Shown piece after piece: positions 10,759 to 19,656 of a stretch of 64,000 bases of DNA (positions within the stretch are counted from its first letter, which is position 1; each line of letters starts with the position of its first letter). The translations under genes and the position numbers were made by a program. The notes below the pieces were generated by a model, which ran no database searches, was not told the DNA's origin, and worked only from the letters and a program-made list of their open reading frames with translations. Where the stretch lies: the NCBI GenBank assembly GCA_963792135.1, contig CAWBVD010000003.1, positions 90,707 through 154,706 on the forward strand, read 5' to 3'. This DNA is from an uncultured Actinomycetes bacterium. GTDB taxonomy: Bacteria; Actinomycetota; Thermoleophilia; Gaiellales; Gaiellaceae.

Positions 10759-10790
10759 TCAGAGCCCGGCGAAGTCAGAGCCCGGCGAAG
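10759..10790. repeat. Perfect 16-bp tandem duplication (CTTCGCCGGGCTCTGA x2 on the minus strand) spanning the M20 stop codon
   Basis: Plus strand reads tCAGAGCCCGGCGAAG tCAGAGCCCGGCGAAG. Copy 10775-10790 encodes ..FAGL*; copy 10759-10774 repeats it just downstream. Confidence 0.9.
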
Positions 10791-12094
10791 GCAGTGAGCA
10801 GCTCGCGCGCCGCCGCGATCCCGAGCGGCATGTTCTCGGCGAGCAGACGCTCGTTCGGCGAGTGCACGTTCGAGTCGGGCAGCCCGAAGCCCGTCAGGAC
10901 GACCGGGATCCGCTTCTCCTCGAGTGCCGGCACGATCGGCAGCGTGCCGCCGCTCCGGATGAGCGCCGGGCGCACTCCGAGGACGCGCTCGAACGCGTCC
11001 TGCCCGAGCTTGATCGCGGCGGCGTCGGGCGGGACGAGGCCGGGCGGCGACGCCGACCAGCGCTCGATCTCGAGCTCCGCCCCTTCGGGGGCGGCCTCGC
11101 GGAGCAGCCGCTCGACCTCGGGCGCGATCTCGTCGACCTTCTGGCCGGGCGCGAGCCGGATCGAGAGGTTCGCGACCGCCTCCACCGGCAGCACGGTCTT
11201 CTGAAGGTGGGGCGAGCCGCTGTCGATGCCGTTCACGTCGACGGACGGCTCGGCGAACGTCCGGCGGTAGAACTCCTCCGCTGCGCGCGGGTCGAGCGGG
11301 CGCGCGCCCTGGGCGGCGAGCTCGCCGGCGCCCGGCGGCAGCTCGGCCCAGCCGCGCAGCTCCTCCTCCGTGGGCGGGACGAGCCCGCGCCGGAGCGGCT
11401 CGGGCAGGAGGCCGTCGCGCGCGACGATCCCCGAGATCGCCTGCGCCAGCGCATGCGCGGCGTTGAGCGCGGCGCCCCCGTAGATCCCCGAGTGGAGGTC
11501 GCGCGCGCCCGTCCTGGCCGTGACGTGGAAGTACACGAGCCCGCGCGTCGCGAGGTTGAAGGCGGGCAGGTCGCGGCGGATCATGTCGCTGTCGAAGATG
11601 ATCGCGGCGTCGGCGCCGCGGTCGTCCGCCTCGAGGAACTCGACGATCGAGTGGCCGCCGGTCTCCTCCTCGCCGTCGCAGCAGAAGCGGACGTTCACCG
11701 GCAGCTCGCCCGCGCGCGCGAGCTCGCGCGCGGCGGAGAGGAGCATGTACAGCTGCCCCTTGTCGTCGACGGCGCCGCGGCAGTAGAGGTAGCCGTCGCG
11801 GATCTCCGGTTCGAACGGGTCGCTCTCCCAGAGCTCGAGAGGCGCCGCCGGCTGCACGTCGAAGTGGCCGTAGCAGAGGACGGTCGGCGCGCCGTTGCCC
11901 GAGGAGGCGCGGATCTCGCCGATCGCGAGCGGCTGGCCGTTCCAGTCGACGACCTCGCACTCGCCGCCCGCCTCCTGCACCGTGCCGCAGACCCACTCGG
12001 CCGCCCTGCCGACATCGGCTGCGTGCGCCGGGTCCGCGCTCACCGACGGGATGCGGAGGAACTCCGCCAGCTCGTCGAACCAGGGCTCCGCCAT
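10775..12094 (-). CDS. M20 family metallopeptidase (dipeptidase-like)
   Basis: In-frame ATG at 12094 (MAEPWFDELAEFLRIPSVSA..). Motifs YGHFDVQP, RGAVDDKG, CCDGEEETGG and HSPNE. The upstream part of the 625-aa ORF is junk. Confidence 0.85.
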   Translation of the reverse strand: MAEPWFDELAEFLRIPSVSADPAHAADVGRAAEWVCGTVQEAGGECEVVDWNGQPLAIGEIRASSGNGAPTVLCYGHFDVQPAAPLELWESDPFEPEIRDGYLYCRGAVDDKGQLYMLLSAARELARAGELPVNVRFCCDGEEETGGHSIVEFLEADDRGADAAIIFDSDMIRRDLPAFNLATRGLVYFHVTARTGARDLHSGIYGGAALNAAHALAQAISGIVARDGLLPEPLRRGLVPPTEEELRGWAELPPGAGELAAQGARPLDPRAAEEFYRRTFAEPSVDVNGIDSGSPHLQKTVLPVEAVANLSIRLAPGQKVDEIAPEVERLLREAAPEGAELEIERWSASPPGLVPPDAAAIKLGQDAFERVLGVRPALIRSGGTLPIVPALEEKRIPVVLTGFGLPDSNVHSPNERLLAENMPLGIAAARELLTAFAGL

Positions 12095-12111
12095 TCGGCG
12101 GAGCCTAGTGG

Positions 12112-13077
12112 TCAAGCGACATCTCGGAGCTTTTCCGCGTCCGCGTACATGCGGAGCTTCTTGAGCGACTGGCTCTCGATCTGCCGGACGCGCTCGCGCG
12201 TGACGTTGAACGCGCGGCCGACCTCGTCGAGCGTAGAGGGCGCGTCGCCCTTGAGCCCGAAGCGGAGCTCGAGCACACGGCGCTCGCGCTCGTTCAGCTT
12301 GCGCAACGCGCGCTCGAGGGCCTCGTTGCGGAGCGTGAGGCCCGCGGCCTCGTCGGGGAGCGGCTCGGAGTCGTCCTCGATGAAGTGGCCGAACTCCGAC
12401 TCCTCGTCGTCGCCGACCGGCTTCTCGAGCGACACGGGAGCCTGCGCGGTGCGGCGGATCGCCTCGACCTCCTCCGGCGACATCTCGAGCTCGCGGGCGA
12501 TCTCCGCCGACGTCGGCTCGCGGCCGAAGTCGGCGCGGAGCTTGCGCTCGGCCCGGAGGATACGGTTGAGCTTCTCGACCACGTGAACCGGCATCCGGAT
12601 CGTCCGGCCCTTGTCGGCGAGCGCGCGCGCGACCGCCTGCCGGATCCACCACGTCGCGTAGGTGGAGAACTTGAAGCCGCGGCGGTGGTCGAACTTCTCC
12701 GCGGCACGGACGAGGCCGATCGTCCCCTCCTGGATCAGGTCGAGGAACGGCAATCCCTGGTTGCGGTAGCGCTTCGCGATCGAGACGACGAGGCGCAGGT
12801 TGGCCTCGACCATCTCCTGCTTGGCGCGGTGGTCGCCGCGCTCGATCCGCTTCGCGAGCTCGACCTCCTGCGCCGCCGTCAGCAGGTCGACCTTGCCGAC
12901 GTCCTTGAGGAAGAGCTGCAGCGAGTCGGTCGTGATCTCGAGCTGGAAGTCCTCGGGCTCGAGCTCGTCCAGCTCCTCTGCGGCCGGCTCCTTGTCGAGC
13001 TCGTCCCCGTCCTCCCCGTCGTCGATCTCCTCCAGCTCTTCCTCGTAGAAGACAGCCGTCCCGTCGTTTTCGCCCAC
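12112..13077 (-). CDS. RpoD-family (group 1/2) sigma-70 factor with a short acidic N-terminus
   Basis: GTG 13077 is preceded by GGGAG 5 nt upstream. Region 1.2 [29 protein letters not shown], region 2 [48 protein letters not shown], region 4 [19 protein letters not shown]. Confidence 0.85.
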   Translation of the reverse strand: MGENDGTAVFYEEELEEIDDGEDGDELDKEPAAEELDELEPEDFQLEITTDSLQLFLKDVGKVDLLTAAQEVELAKRIERGDHRAKQEMVEANLRLVVSIAKRYRNQGLPFLDLIQEGTIGLVRAAEKFDHRRGFKFSTYATWWIRQAVARALADKGRTIRMPVHVVEKLNRILRAERKLRADFGREPTSAEIARELEMSPEEVEAIRRTAQAPVSLEKPVGDDEESEFGHFIEDDSEPLPDEAAGLTLRNEALERALRKLNERERRVLELRFGLKGDAPSTLDEVGRAFNVTRERVRQIESQSLKKLRMYADAEKLRDVA

Positions 13078-13098
13078 ACCCGCTCCCTCGTCGTTTCC

Positions 13099-13117
13099 CG
13101 TACCGCGACGCGGTACG
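13099..13117. promoter_or_regulatory. Perfect 19-bp palindrome CGTACCGCG-N-CGCGGTACG in the sigma-factor leader
   Basis: Read directly and anchored by the translation ..[10 protein letters not shown].. of the long ORF. It lies 22 nt upstream of the GTG at 13077. Its function is inferred only. Confidence 0.5.
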
Positions 13118-13160
13118 TCTAACAGTGGAACCGGACGGCGTGAGCTTTGGATTCGACCTC

Positions 13161-13994
13161 TTACCGCGCGCTGGTGCTCGCGCCGAGCCCGGCGAGGAAC
13201 TGGTCGGCCTGCTTGCCGAGGACCGTGGTCGGCCCGAGAGACTTCGTCAGCTTGAACTGCTTGACCGCCTCCGGGCCCTGCGCCGTCCACGCGGAGAGCA
13301 GCCCGAGGTAGTAGTGGACGACCTGGCTGCGCGGGAAGCGCTGCGCGAGCGGGCCGAGGTGCGAGAACGCGGGGACGAGGTTGTCCTCGTCGAAGAGGCC
13401 CACCGCGGCCGCGACGAGGGCCTCGACGTCCTTCGGGTTCTGCTTCGCGGCGCGCCGGTAGAGGCGCTCGGCCGAGATCTGGTGGCCCTGCGCCTGCAGG
13501 AGAGAGCCCTGCCGGAGGAGCGGATTGTTCGAGACGGGGACGAAGACGGGATAGCCCGAACCCGAGGTCGGGTGGAAGAAGGTCGGGTGGAGCAGGTTGT
13601 CGGCCTGGCTCTGGATGGGCGTGTCCCGGCCGAGCTTCTTCGCCGTCTCGAGCGCCTGCTCGGCGTCGGAGGGGTAGCCGGCCCAGAGCAGGGCGAACCC
13701 GCGGTAGAACTGGACGACCGCGCTCGTGTGCCGCTCGGCAGGCGTCCTGCCGCCCGAGTACTGAAGCCCGAGCCGCTGCATCTCGTCGATGCTCCCGTGC
13801 GGCCAGCTCTTGAACGCGGCGACAATCGCGGGCGCGGCGGGCCCCGTAAGCCCGATCGGGACCGGCGGCTTCCCGGCCACCGGCTTCGGCTGATGCGGGG
13901 TCGTCCGCGTGTCGAGCGTGAGCCCGACCACGACGCCGGCCGCCACGAGACAGGCGACTCCGACGGTGACGTACAGGGAGAGGCGGGCGGACAC
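13161..13994 (-). CDS. Membrane-anchored TPR-like protein (hypothetical)
   Basis: ORF 277 aa with one N-terminal TM helix ([19 protein letters not shown]), then helical-repeat-like sequence (..[30 protein letters not shown]..). Confidence 0.5.
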   Translation of the reverse strand: MSARLSLYVTVGVACLVAAGVVVGLTLDTRTTPHQPKPVAGKPPVPIGLTGPAAPAIVAAFKSWPHGSIDEMQRLGLQYSGGRTPAERHTSAVVQFYRGFALLWAGYPSDAEQALETAKKLGRDTPIQSQADNLLHPTFFHPTSGSGYPVFVPVSNNPLLRQGSLLQAQGHQISAERLYRRAAKQNPKDVEALVAAAVGLFDEDNLVPAFSHLGPLAQRFPRSQVVHYYLGLLSAWTAQGPEAVKQFKLTKSLGPTTVLGKQADQFLAGLGASTSAR

Positions 13995-14060
13995 GTTCTG
14001 GCTCCAAGGTACCTAGGCTGGCCGGGAATACCGCTTGGAGCTACTATCGTTTGTATAGCA

Positions 14061-15209
14061 ATGGCCACGTACAGAGAACTTCTCAAGCAGGTCAAGGACA
14101 GGATCGAGGAGGTCGACCCCGGGGAGGCCGGCGAGCTCGACGGCGCGGCCTGGATCGACGTCCGCGAGCAGGACGAGTGGGACGAGGGGCACATCCCCGG
14201 CGCTGCGCACGTCCCGCGCGGCAACCTCGAGTCCCGCATCGAGGCGGTCGTCCCCGACCGCTCGACGCCTGTAGTGATCTACTGCGCCTCCGGCAACCGC
14301 TCCGCGTTCGCCGCGGAGACGCTGCTCTCGCTCGGCTACGAGCGGCCGATGTCGCTCGAGGGCGGCTTCACGGACTGGAAGCGCAACGGCAACGAGATCG
14401 TGCTGCCGCGCAAGCTCTCCCCGGAGCGGCGTGCGCGCTACTCGCGCCACCTGCTGATCCCGGAGATCGGCGAGGAAGGGCAGCTCAGGCTGCTCGACTC
14501 GAAGATCCTCCTGATCGGCGCCGGCGGCCTCGGCTCGCCCGCCTCGCTCTACCTGGCGGCGGCCGGCGTCGGCCGGCTCGGGATCATCGACGCCGACATC
14601 GTCGACGAGTCGAACCTGCAGCGCCAGATCGCCCACTCGCTGAACACGCTCGGCACGCCGAAGGTGGACAGCGCGAAGCGCGCGATCGAGGCGCTCAACC
14701 CCGACGTCGAGGTGACGACGTACCGCGAGCGGCTCACGTCCGACAACATCGACCGGATCCTCGACGACGGGTGGGACATCATCGTCGACGGCGCCGACAA
14801 CTTCCCCACGCGCTACCTCGTCAACGACGCGTCGGTGTGGCGGAACATCCCGGTCGTCCACGGGTCGATCTACCGCTTCGAGGGCCAGGTGACGGTGTTC
14901 AAGCCCGGCGACGGGCCGTGCTACCGCTGCCTCTACCCCTCCCCCCCGCCGCCGGAGCTCGCTCCGTCGTGCTCGGAGGGCGGCGTGCTGGGCGTGCTGC
15001 CCGGCATCGTCGGGACGCTGCAGACGAACGAGGCGCTGAAGCTCGCCCTGGAGATCGGCGATCCGCTGGTCGGGCGGCTGCTCCTCTTCGACGCGCTCGC
15101 CTCGGACTTCACCGAGGTGCGGATCCGGAAGAACCCGGACTGCCCGGTGTGCGGCGAGCACCCGTCGATCACCGAGTACATCGACTACGTCGAGTTCTGC
15201 ACGCGGTGA
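14061..15209 (+). CDS. moeZ: Rhodanese-ThiF/MoeB E1-like sulfur-carrier adenylyltransferase (MoeZ-like, rhodanese at the N-terminus)
   Basis: ATG 14061. Residues 1-110 are rhodanese (VVIYCASGNRS active-site loop). Then RYSRHLLIPEIGEEGQ..LLIGAGGLGSP..DESNLQRQ..DGADNF and a CxxC..CPVC zinc motif. Confidence 0.85.
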   Translation: MATYRELLKQVKDRIEEVDPGEAGELDGAAWIDVREQDEWDEGHIPGAAHVPRGNLESRIEAVVPDRSTPVVIYCASGNRSAFAAETLLSLGYERPMSLEGGFTDWKRNGNEIVLPRKLSPERRARYSRHLLIPEIGEEGQLRLLDSKILLIGAGGLGSPASLYLAAAGVGRLGIIDADIVDESNLQRQIAHSLNTLGTPKVDSAKRAIEALNPDVEVTTYRERLTSDNIDRILDDGWDIIVDGADNFPTRYLVNDASVWRNIPVVHGSIYRFEGQVTVFKPGDGPCYRCLYPSPPPPELAPSCSEGGVLGVLPGIVGTLQTNEALKLALEIGDPLVGRLLLFDALASDFTEVRIRKNPDCPVCGEHPSITEYIDYVEFCTR

Positions 15210-15484
15210 GTGTCGTCCGTGTACCGCCGGTCCTCCGGGCGGAGGCGGGCGGCGCGCGCGAGGTCGAGGCTTCGGGCGCCACCGTCCGCGAGCTGCTGGA
15301 GGACCTGGCGGCGCGCGTGCCGGCGCTCGGTGAGAAGGTCTACGACGGGTCGGAGATCCGCCCGTACGTGAACGTGTACGTGGACGGCGAGGACGTCCGG
15401 ACGAGTGGCGGGCTCGACGCCGCGGTGCGCGAGAACGCGACGGTCGTCCTTCTGCCCGCGATGGCGGGCGGGCATGGCGGCTAG
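15206..15484 (+). CDS. cysO: ThiS/MoaD-fold sulfur-carrier protein (CysO-like) ending ..AMAGGHGG
   Basis: GTG 15206 overlaps the moeZ stop (GTGA). 92 aa. Beta-grasp pattern ..VYVDGEDV..ATVVLLPAMAGG followed by HGG*. Sits between moeZ-like and cysM. Confidence 0.75.
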   Translation: MSVVRVPPVLRAEAGGAREVEASGATVRELLEDLAARVPALGEKVYDGSEIRPYVNVYVDGEDVRTSGGLDAAVRENATVVLLPAMAGGHGG

Positions 15485-16418
15485 CGACCTTCGTTCCCGC
15501 AACGTCGTCCCGTCGCTACTCGACCTGATCGGCAACACGCCGCTCGTCGAGCTCGCGCACCTCTCGCCGGAGGGCGTGAAGATCTATGCCAAGCTCGAGG
15601 GGCAGAACCCGACCGGGTCGATCAAGGACCGCGTGGCGCTGGCGATGGTCGACGCGGCCGGGCTCGAGCCGGGCGCGCACCTGCTCGAGCCGACGTCGGG
15701 GAACACGGGCATCTCGCTCGCGCTGGTCGCGAAGCTGCGCGGGTACAGGCTCACGTGCGTGATGCCCGCGAACGCGACGCCCGAGCGGCGGCTCGTGTTG
15801 AAGCTCTTCGGCGCAGAGATCGTCGACTCGCCCGCGAACGAGGGCTCGAACGGCGCCGTCCGGCTGGCGCAGGAGCTGGCGGCCGCGGATCCGCGCTACA
15901 CGATGCTCTTCCAGTACGAGAACGAGTGGAACCCGCGTGCGCACTACGAGGGCACGGGCGCGGAGATCGTGCGAGACCTGCCGCGCGTGGACGCGCTCGT
16001 GGCGGGCCTCGGAACCGGCGGCACGCTGATGGGCACGGGCGCGCGTCTGCGCGAGGCGTTCCCGGACGTCGTCGTTGCCGCCGCCGAGCCGCTGCCGGGG
16101 GATCCGGTGATGGGGCTCCGCTCGCTCGAGGACGGCTACACGCCGCCAATCCTCGACGTCTCGAAGCTCGACCGGAAGATCCTGGTTTCCAACGCCGAGT
16201 CGGTCGCCGCGGTGCATGCGCTGCTCGAGAGCGAGGGGATCTTCGCGGGCGTCTCCGCCGGCGCGGTGATCCACGTCGCGCGCAAGATCGCTGGTGAGCT
16301 CCCGGAGGGCGCGGTGATCGTCGCGGTGCTCGCGGACGGGGGCTGGAAGTACCTGTCCGGCGACTTCTGGGACGCGGACGACGTGGAAGAGTCGATGGAG
16401 AGCACGCTCTGGTGGTAG
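15474..16418 (+). CDS. cysM: PLP-dependent cysteine synthase, CysM type
   Basis: ATG 15474 overlaps the cysO end by 11 nt. Motifs LIGNTPLVEL, KLEGQNPTGSIKDR (PLP lysine), TSGNTG, GLGTGGTL. Confidence 0.85.
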   Translation: MAASDLRSRNVVPSLLDLIGNTPLVELAHLSPEGVKIYAKLEGQNPTGSIKDRVALAMVDAAGLEPGAHLLEPTSGNTGISLALVAKLRGYRLTCVMPANATPERRLVLKLFGAEIVDSPANEGSNGAVRLAQELAAADPRYTMLFQYENEWNPRAHYEGTGAEIVRDLPRVDALVAGLGTGGTLMGTGARLREAFPDVVVAAAEPLPGDPVMGLRSLEDGYTPPILDVSKLDRKILVSNAESVAAVHALLESEGIFAGVSAGAVIHVARKIAGELPEGAVIVAVLADGGWKYLSGDFWDADDVEESMESTLWW

Positions 16419-16783
16419 TCCCCGCCGAGATCCGCAAGCAGCTGCACGCGCACGCTGCCGAGGAAGCGCCGAATGAATGCTGCGGTGTGCTCGTCTTCCG
16501 CGACCGCGTGGCCGAGCGCTACGTCCGCGGCGTGAACCGCCTCGCCTCGCCGTACCGCTACGAGCTCGAGATCGACCCCGAGGTCTGGTTCCTGGAGGAC
16601 GAGGGCTTCGAGCTCGCCGTCTTCCACTCGCACCCCGAGACCGAACCGCGGCCCTCCCGCACCGACAAGGAGCTCTCGGGCCTGTGGGCCGGCAAGCCGT
16701 TCCTGATCTACGGCCTCGCGTTCGGCGAGCTCCGCGCCTGGCGCATCACGCGCGACGACGCGGAGGAGCTCCCGCTCGACTGA
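16412..16783 (+). CDS. mec: JAMM/MPN+ metalloprotease (Mec-like)
   Basis: 123 aa, overlaps the cysM stop. E..ECCG and the HSHPETEPRPSRTD JAMM motif. Confidence 0.85.
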   Translation: MVVPAEIRKQLHAHAAEEAPNECCGVLVFRDRVAERYVRGVNRLASPYRYELEIDPEVWFLEDEGFELAVFHSHPETEPRPSRTDKELSGLWAGKPFLIYGLAFGELRAWRITRDDAEELPLD

Positions 16784-16786
16784 GCT

Positions 16787-17705
16787 CTAGTCGATCTCCC
16801 AGGTATCACCGGAGCTGACGAGCTGCTGGAGTTGGCCGCCATCGCTTGCGGCTGACGCGCGGTCCATCTGTGCCCGCACGAGCTCGTCGTAGGAGTCGCG
16901 CTGGACGTCCCGGAAGACGCCCACGGGCACGGCTCCGTGAGTCGCCTCTGTGACACGCGAGAGTGCGAAGGCGGTGGCGAAGTCGGTCTCGTCGTGGACG
17001 ATGCCTGTGTCGCCGGCCGCCTGGCCGTGCTGGAGGCAGAGACGGTTGTCCTTGTGGTCGCGGGCGAAATCAAAGGCGCCGTCGTTGTAGATGTTGCAGT
17101 TCTGGAGGATCTCGACGAACGCCGCGCCACGGTGCGTCGCCGCCCGCCGGAGGACGTCGGTGAGGCCCTGCTTGTCCGTGTCGATCGCCCGCGCGACGAA
17201 CGTCGCCTCCGCGCCGAGCGCCACGCTCAGAGGGTTGAACGGATAGTCGACGCTGCCGAACGGCGTCGAGCCGGTGACCTTGCCCTGCTCGCTCGTCGGT
17301 GAGTACTGGCCCTTCGTCAGTCCGTAGATCCGGTTGTTGAACAGCAGGATCTTGACGTTCACGTTGCGGCGCAGCGCGTGGATCAGGTGGTTGCCGCCGA
17401 TGGAGAGCGCATCGCCGTCCCCGGAGACGACCCAGACAGAGAGATCGGGGCGTGTGACCGCGAGCCCGGTCGCGATCGCGGGAGCGCGGCCGTGGATGGA
17501 GTGCATCCCGTAGGTCTGCATGTAGTACGGGAACCGAGCGGCGCAGCCGATCCCCGAGATGAAGACGATTCGCTCGCGGGGCAGCCCGAGCTCCGGCATG
17601 AAGCTTTGAAGGGCGGCCAGAATCGCGTAGTCCCCGCAGCCCGGGCACCAGCGGACCTCCTGGTCGGACTTGAAGTCCTTCGCGGTAAGCCCGAGCTCGG
17701 GTCAC
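16787..17705 (-). CDS. korB: 2-oxoacid:ferredoxin oxidoreductase beta subunit, apparent extra C in the CCC run at 17699-17701
   Basis: RWCPGCGDYAIL, ISGIGCAARFPYY, SGDGDALSIGGNH (TPP). The frame is open to 17701 with no start codon. GTG 17705-17703 overlaps the korA stop (GTGA) and becomes in-frame if CCC is read as CC (MTELGLTAKDF..). Confidence 0.85.
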
Positions 17706-19528
17706 ACCATCGTCTGGATCGCGTCTGCGATCTCTCCGGACGAGAAGGGCTTCCCGCGCATCCTGTTGTAGCCGCGGGCGTCGACGAGAAACTCGGCCCG
17801 TACGAGTCTGCTCAGGTGGCCGAGGTTCATCTCCGGCACGAGCACACGGTCGTAGCTCCGCAGCATGTCGCCGAGGTTGCTCGGGAACGGGTTGAGCCAG
17901 CTCAGGTGTGCGTGCGCCAGTCTGGCGCCCGACTCGCGCGCGCGCCTGACGCCGCCGGCGACGGGGCCGTAGGTTCCACCCCACGAGAGGACGAGGAGGT
18001 CCGCGTTCTCCTGGTGGTCGACCTCGAGGTCGGGCACCTCGATCCCCGCCACCTTCTGCGCTCGGAGCTGCATCATCAGGTCGTGGTTGTCGGGATCGTA
18101 CGAGACGTTGCCCGTCTCGTTCGCCTTCTCGAGCCCGCCGATCCGGTGCTCGAGCCCGGGAGTCCCGGGAATCGCCCAGGGACGAGCGAGCGTCTTCGGG
18201 TCGCGCGCGTACGGCAGGAACGCACCGCCGTCGGCTTGCGCGAACTCGACCTCGATCGGCGCGAGCGCGCCGACCTCGGGAATCCGCCACGGCTCGGCGC
18301 CGTTGGCGAGGTACGCGTCGCTGAGCAGGTACACCGGCGTGCGATAGGTGAGCGCGACTCGAACCGCCTCGATCGCCGCGTAGAAGCAGTCGCCCGGCGT
18401 CGACGCGGCGAGAACCGGAACCGGCGAGTCCGAGTTGCGTCCGAACAGCACCATCAGCAGGTCGCCCTGCTCGGGCTTGGTCGGCATGCCGGTCGACGGG
18501 CCTGCGCGCTGGACGTCGACGATCAGCAGCGGCAGCTCGAGGGTCACCGCGAGCCCCACCGTCTCCGATTTGAGCACGATGCCGGGGCCGGCTGACGCCG
18601 TCACGCCGATCGCGCCGCCGAACGCCGCACCCAGGGCCGCGCCGGCCGCGGCGATCTCGTCCTCGGCCTGGAATGTCGTCACGCCGAGCGCCTTGTGGCG
18701 GGCGAGCTCCTCCAGGATCGACGAGGCCGGCGTGATCGGATACGCGCCGACGAAGAGCCCGAGCCCGCTCAGCTTCGACGCCGCGACGAGCCCGTAGGAC
18801 AGCGCCAGGTTGCCCGTGACCTGACGGTAGCGCCCGGCCGGCAGCTTTGCCGCCTTGACCTCGTATTGCACCGAGAACCCCTCGGAGGTCTCGCCGAAGT
18901 GGTACCCGGTCGTGAACGCCTTCACGTTCGCCTGGGCGAGCTCGGGCCGCTTGGCGAACTTCGCGCGGAGGAACTCGATCGTCGACTCCGTCTCACGGCC
19001 GTACAGCCAGCTCATCAGGCCGAGCGCGAACATGTTCTTCGAGCGCTCCGCCTCTCGCGACGTGACGCCCTCGATCTCGGCGAGCGCGCCGACCGTCAGG
19101 GACGTCAGCGGCACCGGATACGCGTTGTAGCCGTCGAGCGTCCCGTCCTCGAGCGGGCTCGTCTCGTAGCCGGCCTTCTGGAGGTTGCGTGCGCTGAACG
19201 CATCCGTGTCGACGATGACGGTGGCTCCCTTCGGCAGGTCGCTCAGGTTCGTCCTCAGCGCCGCCGGGTTCATGGCGACGAGCACGTCCGGCCGGTCGCC
19301 CGGCGTCAGGATGTCGTGATCGGCGAAGTGCAGCTGAAACCCGGACACGCCCGGCAGCGAGCCGGCGGGCGCGCGGATCTCCGCCGGGAAGTCGGGATAC
19401 GTCGCGAGGTCGTTGCCCGCGAGGGCGGTCTCCGCGGTGAACCGGCCGCCGGTGAGCTGCATCCCGTCGCCCGAGTCGCCCGCGAAGCGAATGACGACCG
19501 ACCGGAGCTGCTCGACCCGCTTGGCCAT
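17702..19528 (-). CDS. korA: 2-oxoacid (2-oxoglutarate):ferredoxin oxidoreductase alpha subunit
   Basis: Intact 608-aa ORF. FAGDSGDGMQLTG, YPITPASSILE and GPSTGMPTKPEQGDL motifs. AAGGAG lies upstream of the ATG. Confidence 0.9.
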   Translation of the reverse strand: MAKRVEQLRSVVIRFAGDSGDGMQLTGGRFTAETALAGNDLATYPDFPAEIRAPAGSLPGVSGFQLHFADHDILTPGDRPDVLVAMNPAALRTNLSDLPKGATVIVDTDAFSARNLQKAGYETSPLEDGTLDGYNAYPVPLTSLTVGALAEIEGVTSREAERSKNMFALGLMSWLYGRETESTIEFLRAKFAKRPELAQANVKAFTTGYHFGETSEGFSVQYEVKAAKLPAGRYRQVTGNLALSYGLVAASKLSGLGLFVGAYPITPASSILEELARHKALGVTTFQAEDEIAAAGAALGAAFGGAIGVTASAGPGIVLKSETVGLAVTLELPLLIVDVQRAGPSTGMPTKPEQGDLLMVLFGRNSDSPVPVLAASTPGDCFYAAIEAVRVALTYRTPVYLLSDAYLANGAEPWRIPEVGALAPIEVEFAQADGGAFLPYARDPKTLARPWAIPGTPGLEHRIGGLEKANETGNVSYDPDNHDLMMQLRAQKVAGIEVPDLEVDHQENADLLVLSWGGTYGPVAGGVRRARESGARLAHAHLSWLNPFPSNLGDMLRSYDRVLVPEMNLGHLSRLVRAEFLVDARGYNRMRGKPFSSGEIADAIQTMV

Positions 19529-19656
19529 GCTCCTTCGAGTATAGCCATGCCTCTAAGCAACCATAAATGGTGCTTTATGAGTTTTCTGGGCTACGCCGAC
19601 TCGCGGACGACGAAGCCGTCGGCACGGTCCTCGCTGCGCCGCCCGCGGCGGCTAGC

